DNA of 64,000 bases, from contig OZ237759.1 in the NCBI GenBank assembly GCA_965178125.1, positions 1 to 64,000 on the forward strand, read 5' to 3'. Shown here in pieces: positions 13,519 through 26,610 of the stretch. The translations under genes and the position numbers were made by a program. The first letter of the stretch is position 1, and each line of letters starts with the position of its first letter. The notes under the pieces are model-generated. The model was not told where the DNA came from. It searched no databases and saw only the letters and a program-made list of their open reading frames with translations. The stretch is from Bilabrum cf. latius. Its lineage: Eukaryota.

Positions 13519-13581
13519 TCGACAAAAAGTGAAGATGAAATTTTTTTTTCCCCGACCCTGTCCCTGACTTTATATCAGATA
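13519..13581 (+). repeat. Solo cap between two telomere tracts
   Basis: TCGACAAAAAGTGAAGATGAAATTTTTTTTTCCCGACCCTGTCCCTGACTTTATATCAGATA, a distinct cap variant with no satellite attached. Confidence 0.9.
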
Positions 13582-13944
13582 CCCTAACCCTAACCCTAAC
13601 CCTAACCCTAACCCTAACCCTAACCCTAACCCTAACCCTAACCCTAACCCTAACCCTAACCCTAACCCTAACCCTAACCCTAACCCTAACCCTAACCCTA
13701 ACCCTAACCCTAACCCTAACCCTAACCCTAACCCTAACCCTAACCCTAACCCTAACCCTAACCCTAACCCTAACCCTAACCCTAACCCTCACCCCTAACC
13801 CTAACCCTAACCCTAACCCTAACCCTAACCCTAACCCTAACCCTAACCCTAACCCTAACCCTAACCCTAACCCTAACCCTAACCCTAACCCTAACCCTAA
13901 CCCTAACCCTAACCCTAACCCTAACCCTAACCCTAACCCTAAAA

Positions 13945-15158
13945 GGGGCGGTTTTGAAACCTACCCGGGGCGGTTTTGAAACCTACCCGGGGCGGTTTTG
14001 AAACCTACCCGGGGCGGTTTCGAAACCTACCCGGGGCGGTTTTGAAACCTACCCGGGGCGGTTTTGAAACCTACCCGGGGCGGTTTTGAAACCTACCCGG
14101 GGCGGTTTTGAAACCTACCCGGGGCGGTTTCAAAACCTACCCAGGGCGGTTTCAAAACCTACCCGGGGCGGTTTTGAAACCTAAAACCTAACCGGGGCGG
14201 TTTCAAAACCTACCCGGGGCGGTTTTGAAACCTACCCGGGGCGGTTTTGAAACCTACCCGGGGCGGTTTTGAAACCTACCCGGGGCGGTTTCAAAACCTA
14301 CCCGGGGCGGTTTCAAAACCTACCCGGGGCGGTTTTGAAACCTACCCGGGGCGGTTTCAAAACCTACCCGGGGCGGTTTTGAAACCTACCCAGGGCGGTT
14401 TCAAAACCTACCCGCGGCGGTTTCAAAACCTACCCGGGGCGGTTTTGAAACCTACCCGGGGCGGTTTCAAAACCTACCCGGGGCGGTTTCAAAACCTACC
14501 CGGGGCGGTTTCAAAACCTACCCGGGGCGGTTTCGAAACCTACCCGGGGCGGTTTTGAAACCTACCCGGGGCGGTTTTGAAACCTACCCGGGGCGGTTTT
14601 GAAACCTACCCGGGGCGGTTTTGAAACCTACCCGGGGCGGTTTTGAAACCTACCCGGGGCGGTTTCAAAACCTACCCGGGGCGGTTTCGAAACCTACCCG
14701 GGGCGGTTTTGAAACCTACCCGGGGCGGTTTCAAAACCTACCCGGGGCGGTTTTGAAACCTACCCGGGGCGGTTTTGAAACCTACCCGGGGCGGTTTTGA
14801 AACCTACCCGGGGCGGTTTTGAAACCTACCCAGGGCGGTTTCAAAACCTACCCGGGGCGGTTTCAAAACCTACCCGGGGCGGTTTTGAAACCTACCCAGG
14901 GCGGTTTCAAAACCTACCCGCGGCGGTTTCAAAACCTACCCGGGGCGGTTTTGAAACCTACCCAGGGCGGTTTCAAAACCTACCCGGGGCGGTTTCAAAA
15001 CCTACCCGGGGCGGTTTCAAAACCTACCCGGGGCGGTTTCAAAACCTACCCGGGGCGGTTTTGAAACCTAACCGGGGCGGTTTCAAAACCTACCCGGGGC
15101 GGTTTTGAAACCTACCCGGGGCGGTTTTGAAACCTAACCGGGGCGGTTTTGAAACCTA
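13945..15158. repeat. 22-bp tandem array (GGGGCGGTTTTGAAACCTACCC and TTTCAAAA variants), about 55 copies, inverted relative to the right array
   Basis: The variant unit CGGTTTCAAAACCTACCCAGGG is the exact reverse complement of the right-array unit CCCTGGGTAGGTTTTGAAACCG. Confidence 0.96.
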
Positions 15159-15374
15159 ACATGTCTGGATCCTGAGAGAGGTGGCCGAACAGGGATCCAC
15201 ATGGCTCTGGCGGCTGCCTGCCGGATGTGGTGTGGAGGCATCCGGATGTTTGGACATTTCCAGCACGCCACTTGGCCTTATGCACCTTTGGGATACAACA
15301 TATTGCTCTTGCACCTGATACCTGAGCTATATCCAGCAAAGAGTCATCAACTTCAAATGGTACACTAGAGATGA

Positions 15375-18300
15375 TCAACCGAACATGTGCTAGAGTTGCA
15401 TCCTGCCCTTTCCGCGGCCATCAGCTTGAGCGGTCTCTTGAAGATGCTTCGCTGTTCTCCGCCATGATGCGAGCAAGCCCTAGACCTTTCCAATGGACAG
15501 GGCCATCTTCCCTTGGTTCTCTCCCCAGACATCCGCTGCTTTAAATGCACTGATCTCGGCAGGACTCCAGTTGCCGGGCCCCTCGGCCAATTCTACCTCC
15601 ATAGGATCGTCCTTGGCACGAAACACCGTCTGGCACACCAACTGCACCCGCTCTGCTTCATCACCAAGTCCCACACCCAGGCCCATCAACAAAGAGTACT
15701 GGCGCAACACATGCTTCCACTCCTGCACCACGCTCCACCCAGCAAGCGTCCGTGCCAAAGGACTGGGCTCTACTGCAAAGGGATGTCGCTAGGATCTGAC
15801 AAACCCCGTCAGAAGCAGCGTACCTCGCAGGCAGACCTTCTATCTGGCGGATCCAACTGGATATGTCCGACTACGCCTGTACAGGCGAGCGGCTCCTCTA
15901 GCTGCTTGCACCACCAGACGAACTCGCTCCGCTTGGACGGCCTCCCATCCGAGAGCACCCAGTCTCCCCAGCCGCTCCGCTGCTCCTTCCCCTTCGACCT
16001 CGGCAGCTCCAGCCAACTCACGCGCTCGCTCCACGGCATTTCGTAGGCCTCGGACCCGTCCAATGGACGCACGAACCATGGCAAGCACTGCGTGACAACT
16101 TGCACCGCCGTGCAAAGCATTGCGAGCTGTCTTCACCACCCGTCGAGCCATCCGGACCAGCGATGAGAGTCTCCTCAGCTTCTCCAAAGCCTCTTGCCCT
16201 CTACTTGCCGCGATTGCACAGCCGATACGAAAACCTACGCGCTCTTGCCGGCTGTTCGTCTCCGGCAGATCTCGATGCATAATTTCGTCTCTGTGGCGCA
16301 GATGTGCAGCCTCGGATCGGTCCATGAGCGCTTGCACCTTGGCCAAGAGCTTCACGGTCTCGACACCACACAGTTCCGTGAGGAGCATCTCGGCCGCTAC
16401 AGCAGCGTTGACGGCAGCTTGACGCTGTTCGCTTCCCTCGTCCAGGACCATTGCGTCAGAGACATCGGACCTCAGCCACCCTACTACCAAACGTGTCGCT
16501 CGCACTACGGGCTGCTATGCCTCCTCCTGGCAAGCCCGACCCGCCACCGTGGCGATGCCCATCAGCGCAAGGCTAGCCCGTCTGGTCTCGAAGCTTCCAC
16601 GCCTAAGCACCGCTGCAGTACTCTCACCGATGGTACCTTCCTCCAATGGCAAGCGGAACTAGTCCCGCCAGGGCCTCCGCATATCCTCCACGTCAAGCGC
16701 ATCCCAAGGCTCCACCTACCGTGCACGAAGCAGTCGCCTGGTCCTGTCGTAGACGGAAGTGCTCATATATCTCAACTGCTAGATCCGCCGCATGGCTGCC
16801 AAGACTGCAGCTCGGGTGAGGCTGTCGACACGGGCAGCCTCTTGCGTCGAACCCGGCAGCGCCAGCGTCAAGCGCTCCCCTGCGTGCGTGCCACTGCGAA
16901 CCAAGTCGAGTTCCTCTTCCTTGACCAAACGGCCCTGCCGACGGACCGTGCCGATAGCAATCTGGAGCAGGTTGTCGTGCAGCACGGTGGCCGCCCTGCC
17001 AGCAAGCATCAGCTGCAGTGGGGAGGCAGACTGGGTCCCATCCACCCTTATGGTATCCGGCACTCCGCCCAGCGGGAGCGACCCTAGCCTAAACCGCCCG
17101 TCGTCATCCTAGCCGGTAAGACACAGCGCCAGCGGAAATGGCACACCAGGGGTGTTCACCGGAATCGCCGTCCCATGCGGGAACTTCTCGTTCTTGCCTC
17201 CTCTCACCATGGCCGCAAATGCACCAATTGCCGCCAAGGGGACATCCTCGTACACCTTCTGGAGCGCGGAGACCATGTCTTCGAGCGTTACTCCCAGGTT
17301 TCTCATGGTCTCGTGCATCAGCGATGCTGGAGCCCCCAGCAAGGTGGCCGCTTTGGCCTGCTGCTCGATGCTCTGCGTCAGAGCCACGGTATTCTCGAGC
17401 TGCATGACCACCTCGGACGCAAGCCTTCCTGGGCTGATTCGCACTACAGCAGCCAGCAGAGGGCCTGGGGCGTTGATCAGCACGGCAGACACCAAGGCCG
17501 GGTGCAGCATTCGACCAATGACCCGGCCGAGCTCCACGCAGGGATCGTCACTGCCGCTCTGCAGGAACGACCTCAGATCCAGCAAGGCGCAGTCCTTGGG
17601 AGACTCAGTCCCAGCGGCGAATCCGACAACGTGGCGCCGGCTGTCAGCCCGTGTAACCGCGAGTGGTCGCTGCCCCGTGCAGGCAATGAGCGAGGCCGAC
17701 TGCACACCCACCACAATGAGTGACGCTACGCCGTGCAGCAGCTTCGGAAGCACCTCTGGAGAGCGGGCCTCCGGATCCGTGATCTCCCTCACCCCGCCCC
17801 TGGTCACAACCTGAAGCACCATAGCCAGAGTTGCCTGGGCGACGCGGCACTGGCCGTTCCAGCTGCGTGGATCCTTCTCCACCGTTCGCCGTCGGTCCGC
17901 AATGGTGCCATCCGCCACATGCCAGATGGCCTGCCGCAGTCTGGCCTCGGGACGCGGAAGGACGGACTCCATGATGGACCGGGTCATGGCTTGCCCAGTC
18001 TGGGTGGGGGCCACCATCTGCGACACATCCAGCGCTAGCATGCGCAGCTCCCCCGCGACCGCCTGCTGAACAGCCAAACCGTCCGACACCTGCTCGGCCG
18101 CCATAGCCTTGTTCTCGATACTGGCCGCCGTAGCCATGGCCCCTCGGACCGCCTCCTCCAAGTCCCGCGTGACGGCATGCGCCACCTCCCGCTGCACCAT
18201 GGCAGCAACTGTGTCAAAGAAGGGCGCTCGAACTGTCGACGTTCCCTCCGCCAGGGCATCCACGAGACTGGCGTGTCCGTCCTCAAGTCCCAGCGCCATT

Positions 18301-21300
18301 GCTAGTCCCATCAGCAGACCAGGCCCTGCCATGCTGAATTCGACGCGAAGCGACGCTCGAGCGTCACCAATAGCCTGCAACCTGCGACACGCGATCTCTG
18401 TGGCCTCGTCGTGCGCAACCCTTGCCATGGTGGCCGCAGCAGCCCGCCCCACCTTTGGAACCTGCTGCCTGCATCGCTCCAGCTCACCATACAGCCGAGA
18501 CCCAAGCCGTTGGTGACTGTCGCCGCTGAGCCTCGTGGAGCGGAACGCCTGCTCGACGTACATCTGCACCCCGTGAGATACGCTCAGCATCGCGGGCAAG
18601 AGCTTCCGAACAAACTCGTCGTCCCGCTCGCGGGTGGCCTGCGATACCAGCTCAGCCACGTGCTGAAAGTCATGCTTAGTCATGGCAGCTTGCGTATCGC
18701 CTCTGGCACGAGCCCTGAACTGCACACTGCCCAGAGATGGGCTCATGAGCAGGCAGTTCACGTTCTCTTCATCCACTTGCATTGGGAAGACGAACTAGCT
18801 CCCCACCTGTCCGAAGCCCGGTACGGAGGAGATGTCGGCCACGGCCTCACCCGCAAGTGCCATGGCATGACGCAGGCCCAGCACGCTCGGAAACGCAGCG
18901 TGCATGTCGCCGCCACCTGCCATGAAGCCCAGGTCCATGGAGAGCAACACGGGGTCCTGGCACTGGATCTCTGGTCGATGTTGCCCGAGCTCCGTCGCCA
19001 TGCGGATGGCGTCCCTCCCGGCGGCAAGAGGGTCGACAAACACTACAGGGTGCCCGCCGTGGTCCGGAGGGTCCTCCTCAGGCTCACCAGCGGCCGGAGC
19101 CTGTCGCAGCATCAGGGATCGCATCACAGCAACCGCCGCCTGGTTCTGGCCCCCGACGACCAGGATTCGGTAGATCGAGCACGCCAGGACCCCTTGGATC
19201 TTCAGTCCGTCAGGATATCTCAGCCTGTGGGGCAGATGGCTGACCTGGGTGGGATGCAGGGCCGCGTCCTCGCTCAGGACCCGGAGCACTTCGCACAGGA
19301 AGTACCCGGGCCTGCTGCGATGCCCGCCATCAGGCTCAGCAGTCCCACGCACGCCCATGTGACGGTCTCCAGGACTCAAAGTCTCGGTGTGGGTGCTTCC
19401 GCGAGAGACACCGACGGGCGAGTCGGTTGCTACAATCGCGTACGATGCGGAGAGTCCCTGCGCCGTCGTGGCAGTCCTCGGGGTCGACTGCACCATGAAC
19501 TCGGGCCCGCGGTACCCCTCCTTCTCTCTCACGTAGTTGATGGCGCCTGCGATGCCAATCAGGAGCGACTGCACGGCCTGGTCGAACGGCGTTCCAACGA
19601 GGCGCATACCCTCCAGTCGTCGGATGTTCCAGCGCCTCGCGAGTGTGCGCAAGGAGGCCTGCTCTTCCTCAGACCCTGCGTGAGCAACGCCAAACACCCG
19701 AGCCACACCGCCCTCCGGTAGCACGACTCGCACCTCAGCCGCCCCCGCCAGGAGGACAGAGACCGAGACGTCGCCAGATCCGACCCCGCGCTGTTTGGGC
19801 ATCATCGTGAGGTACTTGCGGAGCGTGGCACGTGCGGATTTCACGGCCCTGGCATTGCCTCGCACTGTGCCGGTGCTTCCCTCCAGGATCGCTTCAGCTT
19901 CCTCTAGCACCCCAACCTCCTCGCTGCTCTGGTGGAAGCGACGAGCTGCACTCCGAACGTCCGATGTCAGGGATTGGACGGTCACGTGGTCCCCTGCTGG
20001 TGCAGGGAGAGCGTGATGGATGCGGTGCAGCCGCAGCGGCTCCGAATCCACACCCATGTTCTGGATCCCCATCGGTCCAAGGTACGCGACGTCGATGCGG
20101 GGTGAGTAGTACGCGCCGTGAGTCCTCGGCGTGCCGGGATTGTCCCGCTCCTACGTGGGGATGTGCCGGTTGAAGACGATGCTGTAGCCGAGCCGGGGCC
20201 TGGATGAGCCGCTCGTCTCCACCTCGGTGCGCTGGTGCTGCTGCGTGGCCGACTGCACCCTGATCTGCCCCCCGTCCCTCTGCAGACCCCTGCGCCCGCA
20301 GAGGACCCCATCCTGCGTCGCCGAGTCGGCTCCAATCAGCACGTCGATGAGGCCGTAGGCTTGGTCCAGCGGCTCGTCCAGCAGGAGCCGTGACACCGGC
20401 CCCCCAAGCACCAGCATGAACGGGCTGGTCTGCACCTCCTGGGAGGCTCCGGCGCCGGCTAGGATCCCGACCACCTCCATGGCGTCGACATCGGAGAGCT
20501 CAGAGCGGACCGCCACGGGGGCCGCCATGCCGTCTGGTGGGTTCCGCAGCACATCCGGGGCGGCCTCCTGCTCCTCTTCAGGCTCGCCTTCCAGCTCGGC
20601 ATCCGCAGCTCCGAAAGCCCCCGCGGCAGGATCTCCACCATCCGCTTCCTCGTCGCCGCCTTGGTCTCCGTCCGAGTCCCACTGGCCTTCCCCACCCCAC
20701 TCGCCTTCTCCAGCCTCATACCCGGCATCTTCGTCGCCCTCTGCATGCTCCTCCGCCCCAGCCGGCTGCGCCGCCGGCCCCTCCTCCATCTCGTCCTCGT
20801 CCTCGTCCTCGTACACGAACGCTGGAGGCTGCTCGGAGAGCCCGACCGCGTCAAAGACCGTCTCGTCCACGCGGTTGTACTCGATGTAGTGATCCCACTC
20901 CGTGCGGAGCGGAGAGAGCTTGTGGCTGTGCAGCCCGGGCTCCGCCAGCATCGGAGACGGCCAGAAGCTGACCGCCACCGAAGCCAGCTTGCTCCGAATG
21001 AAGGCAGCCCCTTCCTCGTTCAGGTCTTCGCTCTCCAGCATCTTGGTGATGTCAGTCCAGCCAACGAGCTGCACGAGAAAGCGGCCGCGCCTCTGCGCGC
21101 GCTGCTCCACGCCGGCAGCATCAGTCTCGGCATGCAGGAGGCTGTCCACGACGACAACGGCGCGCCTCTGGTACGCCCACCAGCGCCGCATGCCTTGCAT
21201 GGTCACCGTCTCCATCACTGGAGGTGCGAGCGCCCTCCACACCTCGGGAGGCAGCTCCTGCCTGCCAACGCAGGTCAGCAGGCCCTGCAGGGCCTGCACC

Positions 21301-22361
21301 GCCTCGTCGTCCACCTCCCATATGTGGTAGGCCAGCATGGGGTGCTGCGCGAGGTCGTCCGTCGCCTCGTGCATGCCGAACCGGTACTCGGGCGGGAGGT
21401 TGACGGCCAGGGCCTCCTCTCCCTGCGCTCCCCCCGGGTCGCCGACGACCAGGTTCCACGCCTGCACGGGTGGCGCACCGACCTCCCCTCCGGCGTCTGG
21501 GCCTGCGCCACCGCCTTGGGCGCCGGCTGCCTCTGCACCGGCAGCGAACACGACTCCGGGGATGGGCAGCTCGGGCGCTCCTCCCTCTGCCCCGAAGAGC
21601 GGCTGCTGGCCCTGAGCATCCCAGACCATGGCCTGCCGAGCTGCCTGGGTGGCCGCGTGGGCGGCTTGGCGCCCGAGGAAGATGGCCTGGACCGCTTCTG
21701 GGGGCTCGTCGTCCTCCATCGCGTCCTCCCCTGCGCCGACCCCGGCCAGGACGGGCACCTCGGCGAGAGGCACGGGCCCAGGGACGAGTTGGTGCTGGGC
21801 AGCCTGGGCAGCTGGCTGCTGCTCGGCTGCTGGAGGGGCCGGACCGACGCCGGCTGGCCCACCTGCAGGCTCCTGCTGGGGCTCCGGGATCGGGAGGAAG
21901 GCGTCGGCATCGCCAGCTGGCGGCTCGGGCTGCAAGCCTCCTGGGACCGGCAGGTTGGCACCCGGACCAGCGGGGTGCTGGGGCGGGGCGGCGGCCATCG
22001 CCTGCTGGCCAGCAGCAAGAGCTGCACCAGGTGGTGGTTGGTGGGCGCCCTCTTGCTGCTGGTGCTGGGGCTCCGGAGCATGCTCGCCGATGGCTGGGGC
22101 GGGGGCCGGCAGGCCTGCCGCATCGCCCCCCCCGGCGGCATGGCCGCCTGGCGCTGGCCCCACCTGGGCCGGGATCTGGGCCTGCGCCTCGCCGGCCGGC
22201 GGGCCAGGCAGGGCGGCACCTCCTGGTTGAAGTGGCCCTGGGACTCCGATGCGCACGCGATGCGGGTTCTGAGCGTAGCCCTTCGCGCGGCGGTCCAGGA
22301 AGGCCCGAAGGTAGTCGAGAGCCTTCACATGCTTGGTGGCGTCGTACGTGGACTGCGCCAT
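15375..22361 (-). CDS. Element ORF-A, 2328 aa, unknown function
   Basis: Six same-frame ORF-track fragments (20151-22361, 18795-20072, 17109-18782, 16779-17063, 15840-16505, 15480-15758) are joined across 11 TAGs with no TAA, TGA or frameshift. It ends in TGA at 15375-15377. The N-terminus is Pro/Ala/Gln-rich with an acidic tract. Confidence 0.85.
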
Positions 22362-22935
22362 GACCAGACTGCGGACAGAGATGCCACAAGGATATATAAT
22401 ATACTTGGGATGTGATTAGTATGATGGTACGATGCGTTGTTCCCTGGTGGCGCACTCGTCACGGCGGTGCCGCGCATCAGGTTCCGCAACCTGATCCGGG
22501 CCACCACAAATGTTGTCGCAGCACACCTGCCGCAAGCAAAGTGAGCATTGGGCGCGCAGCCTATATATCGCCGCGCAATTGTTTGCAGTATGTTATATTA
22601 TTTGATAATATGCGCGAGATTAGTTCCAACGAGTGCTTGCCGTCGCGCAATTGAGCCAAACGTCTGAACCACGTTGCAGCAAGCGCATTGCGCAAGGCAA
22701 TCCCCACGCATACCCCATCGATTTGACTCACGTTTGCTTTAGGGTTGTATGCACAATATGCTATAGTAGCTATATGCCAAGTATGCGCCTCTGCAATTGA
22801 ATACAAGGAGCGCAATATGAGTGTTTCTGATTTCGCGCTGCTCGTTGGGTGAACGGGTAGGTTTCGGCGTGACAAGTGCAAGTTGCGTGCACTTTTGATG
22901 CGAATCTGTATTTTTTTTTCGGTTTCGCGTGGGTT

Positions 22936-23024
22936 GCTGTGGTGGTGTAGTGGTATTGCGTACGGTTGGTAATCGCACCCAGGCCTACCCCCGAGGTTCG
23001 ATTCCCGTTGGGGCGATCTTTTTT
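22936..23024 (+). ncRNA. tRNA-derived Pol III-type unit, second copy
   Basis: Identical to 7336-7424. Confidence 0.6.
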
Positions 23025-23242
23025 AATTTTTTTCTGGGCTGGGGTCCGCCCCCCCACGACTGGGGGATCGACCTAACATCATGGGTCCCGGGTCTGAGAC
23101 CGAGTGCGCGGGGTCGTGGCCTTCTTTTTCTTTGCCCTCGAGCTTGCCCTGGAGACTCCCTGGGTCTCATGTCCGTGTTCGCTGCCGCATCCAAGCGCCT
23201 GTTCGTGGCCTTACCCGTGTTCCCCCAGCACCGCAGAGTACT

Positions 23243-24778
23243 ATGGCCGCCGCAAAGAGCTACAGCGTCAAGCACACCAAGGCCTCCCGCCCCGTCGTGG
23301 CTGCCCTGGCTTCAGGCGTCAGCACGTCTGCTGCCAAGCAAGTCCTGCTGATCTCCCTCGTGGGCCTCCACCAAGATTGCGGGTTACTCTGCGGGTCTAC
23401 CGAGCACTACTAGGGGACCAAGAAAGAGGGCATCAAAGCCTGCGTGGATGCCATGCTGGACCTGAATGAGTCCGATCTGCCGCCTGACATGCTGAAGGTG
23501 CTGAGTCACCGCCTATATCCGGCTGCATCAACTAGCGGCACCAGCTCGCCAGGCTACCGCAAGATGAATTAGATGCTCATGGGCCTGCGCGACAGCGGCT
23601 ACTCTACCAGCCACAATCCTTGGTTCAAGGCAGGCATGGATGGCTTGCGGAGGAACTACAAGACCGCGATCAAGTTCGTCTGCGACTACGGAGCTGGGAA
23701 AGCCTCTGTGCGTGCGCGTGGAGGCATGCAGGCTGTGTTCCAAGACGTGTTTGACATGGCAGTCAAGGACTCTGCCGCGGCAGCCGCAGGGGACCAAGAT
23801 GCTTCTGCGGGAGCCGCTGCTGCTTCGCCGAGTGGAGCACCCCGTGCTGGCAAGGACAAACGGAGTGCCATGGTCGACGACGACGAGGACGACCCCGACG
23901 ACGGTGTCGCGGACCACAGTGCCTACAAGGCCCAGAGGAAACGAGGCGAGCAAGATTCAGACGGCTCAGAGTCCAGCGACTCATAGACCGAGCGACTGAA
24001 CAACGACCTACTCGGCCCCAAGCGGAGAGCGGAGGCCAAGGCCAGGGAAAAGGCAAAGGCCAAATTGAAGGCCAGGACCAAGGCCGCGGGCAAGTCAAAG
24101 GGAAAGTCAAAGGGAAAGCCGAGGGATGAAGGTGCGCAACCGGCAGAACCGGAGCGCAGGAAGGCGACTGAAGCGGCACCTCGGGCTAAGATACAGCACA
24201 AGCGATCGCCCATTCTCCAACCGGGCTATGGCGGAGGAGCTCGCCACGCCGTTGGCCAGGACAAGAGGGGAGCAAGAGGCGCAAGGAGTGGAGCAGCAGC
24301 ATCACTGCCTCGACAGGACTCTGAGGAGGATGAAGAGGAGATCGGTGATCGATACCACGCAGACGCAGCCGATGAAGAGGACGAGGATGAGGCTCCGATA
24401 GAACTCGTGCAGCAGGACGAGGAGGATCAGGACGAGCTGGATGAGGAAGAAGAGAACGAGGCCCAGAACCAGCAAGACGACTCTGAGAACGACGGTGGAG
24501 TGGATGACAACGGCTTCACCGACTAGCAGCGGCACCTGGTGGACCGCATCCTCGCTGCCTGCGATGACATAGCGCTGGGCGTCAGCCGAACTCTCGACGA
24601 CATGCTCGAGGACGTGCAGGAAACAATTCAAGAGAGGGACGACGGGTTGGGCACGCTCGTAGGCCTGATGACGGCCCTCGAGAAGACGGCGGAAGGAGAT
24701 CTCAATGCAGCAGACGTGGACGCTGTTGAGGCGCTCCTGGCAGCTGTCGATGCGGAACCCTCCTCCGATAACGAGTGA
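23243..24778 (+). CDS. Element ORF-B, second copy, 511 aa
   Basis: Identical to 7643-9178 (offset 15600). Confidence 0.8.
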
Positions 24779-25044
24779 AAAGCAGCCAGGCGGATACCAA
24801 TTGAGGTCAGTGGCAGCTGGGCCAGCTTGTGAGAGGAGCTTGCCAGAGTGCCAGCCAGTGACCCGTTAGGACGGGATAGTAGGAGCCAGGACGCAATCTA
24901 TTTAGTCTTGACTATAAGCCAACGAATACCTGATGTCAAAGCGATGTATCGACCAAGGAGGTTAACGCATACATATGGCTACGTAGAACGAGCCACAACA
25001 TTGAATATCGGTCAATAACCACTGGATTCCCAAACCCACACCTA

Positions 25045-26574
25045 GGGTAGGTTTCAAACCTCCCTGGGTAGGTTTTGAAACCTCCCTGGGTAGGTTTTGA
25101 AACCTCCCTGGGTAGGTTTTGAAACCTCCCTGGGTAGGTTTTGAAACCTCCCTGGGTAGGTTTTGAAACCTCCCTGGGTAGGTTTTGAAACCTCCCTGGG
25201 TAGGTTTTGAAACCGCCCTGGGTAGGTTTTGAAACCTCCCTGGGTAGGTTTTGAAACCGCCCTGGGTAGGTTTTGAAACCGCCCTGGGTAGGTTTTGAAA
25301 CCGCCCTGGGTAGGTTTTGAAACCGCCCTGGGTAGGTTTTGAAACCGCCCTGGGTAGGTTTTGAAACCGCCCTGGGTAGGTTTTGAAACCGCCCTGGGTA
25401 GGTTTTGAAACCGCCCTGGGTAGGTTTTGAAACCGCCCTGGGTAGGTTTTGAAACCGCCCTGGGTAGGTTTTGAAACCGCCCTGGGTAGGTTTTGAAACC
25501 GCCCTGGGTAGGTTTTGAAACCGCCCTGGGTAGGTTTTGAAACCGCCCTGGGTAGGTTTTGAAACCGCCCTGGGTAGGTTTTGAAACCGCCCTGGGTAGG
25601 TTTTGAAACCGCCCTGGGTAGGTTTTGAAACCGCCCTGGGTAGGTTTTGAAACCGCCCTGGGTAGGTTTTGAAACCGCCCTGGGTAGGTTTTGAAACCGC
25701 CCTGGGTAGGTTTTGAAACCGCCCTGGGTAGGTTTTGAAACCGCCCTGGGTAGGTTTTGAAACCGCCCTGGGTAGGTTTTGAAACCGCCCTGGGTAGGTT
25801 TCGAAACCGCCCTGGGTAGGTTTTGAAACCGCCCTGGGTAGGTTTTGAAACCGCCCTGGGTAGGTTTTGAAACCGCCCTGGGTAGGTTTTGAAACCGCCC
25901 TGGGTAGGTTTTGAAACCGCCCTGGGTAGGTTTTGAAACCGCCCTGGGTAGGTTTTGAAACCGCCCTGGGTAGGTTTTGAAACCGCCCTGGGTAGGTTTT
26001 GAAACCGCCCTGGGTAGGTTTTGAAACCGCCCTGGGTAGGTTTTGAAACCGCCCTGGGTAGGTTTTGAAACCGCCCTGGGTAGGTTTTGAAACCGCCCTG
26101 GGTAGGTTTTGAAACCGCCCTGGGTAGGTTTTGAAACCGCCCTGGGTAGGTTTTGAAACCGCCCTGGGTAGGTTTTGAAACCGCCCTGGGTAGGTTTTGA
26201 AACCGCCCTGGGTAGGTTTTGAAACCGCCCTGGGTAGGTTTTGAAACCGCCCTGGGTAGGTTTTGAAACCGCCCTGGGTAGGTTTTGAAACCGCCCTGGG
26301 TAGGTTTTGAAACCGCCCTGGGTAGGTTTTGAAACCGCCCTGGGTAGGTTTTGAAACCGCCCTGGGTAGGTTTTGAAACCGCCCTGGGTAGGTTTTGAAA
26401 CCGCCCTGGGTAGGTTTTGAAACCGCCCTGGGTAGGTTTTGAAACCGCCCTGGGTAGGTTTTGAAACCGCCCTGGGTAGGTTTTGAAACCGCCCTGGGTA
26501 GGTTTTGAAACCGCCCTGGGTAGGTTTTGAAACCGCCCTGGGTAGGTTTTGAAACCTCCCCCGAGTAGGTTTCA
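25045..26574. repeat. 22-bp tandem array, right arm, second copy (2 units shorter)
   Basis: Same unit. The offset to copy 1 changes from 15600 to 15556 across the array. Confidence 0.97.
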
Positions 26575-26610
26575 ATACGCCATACTTGCACTGAATGAAG
26601 TACAATGAAT

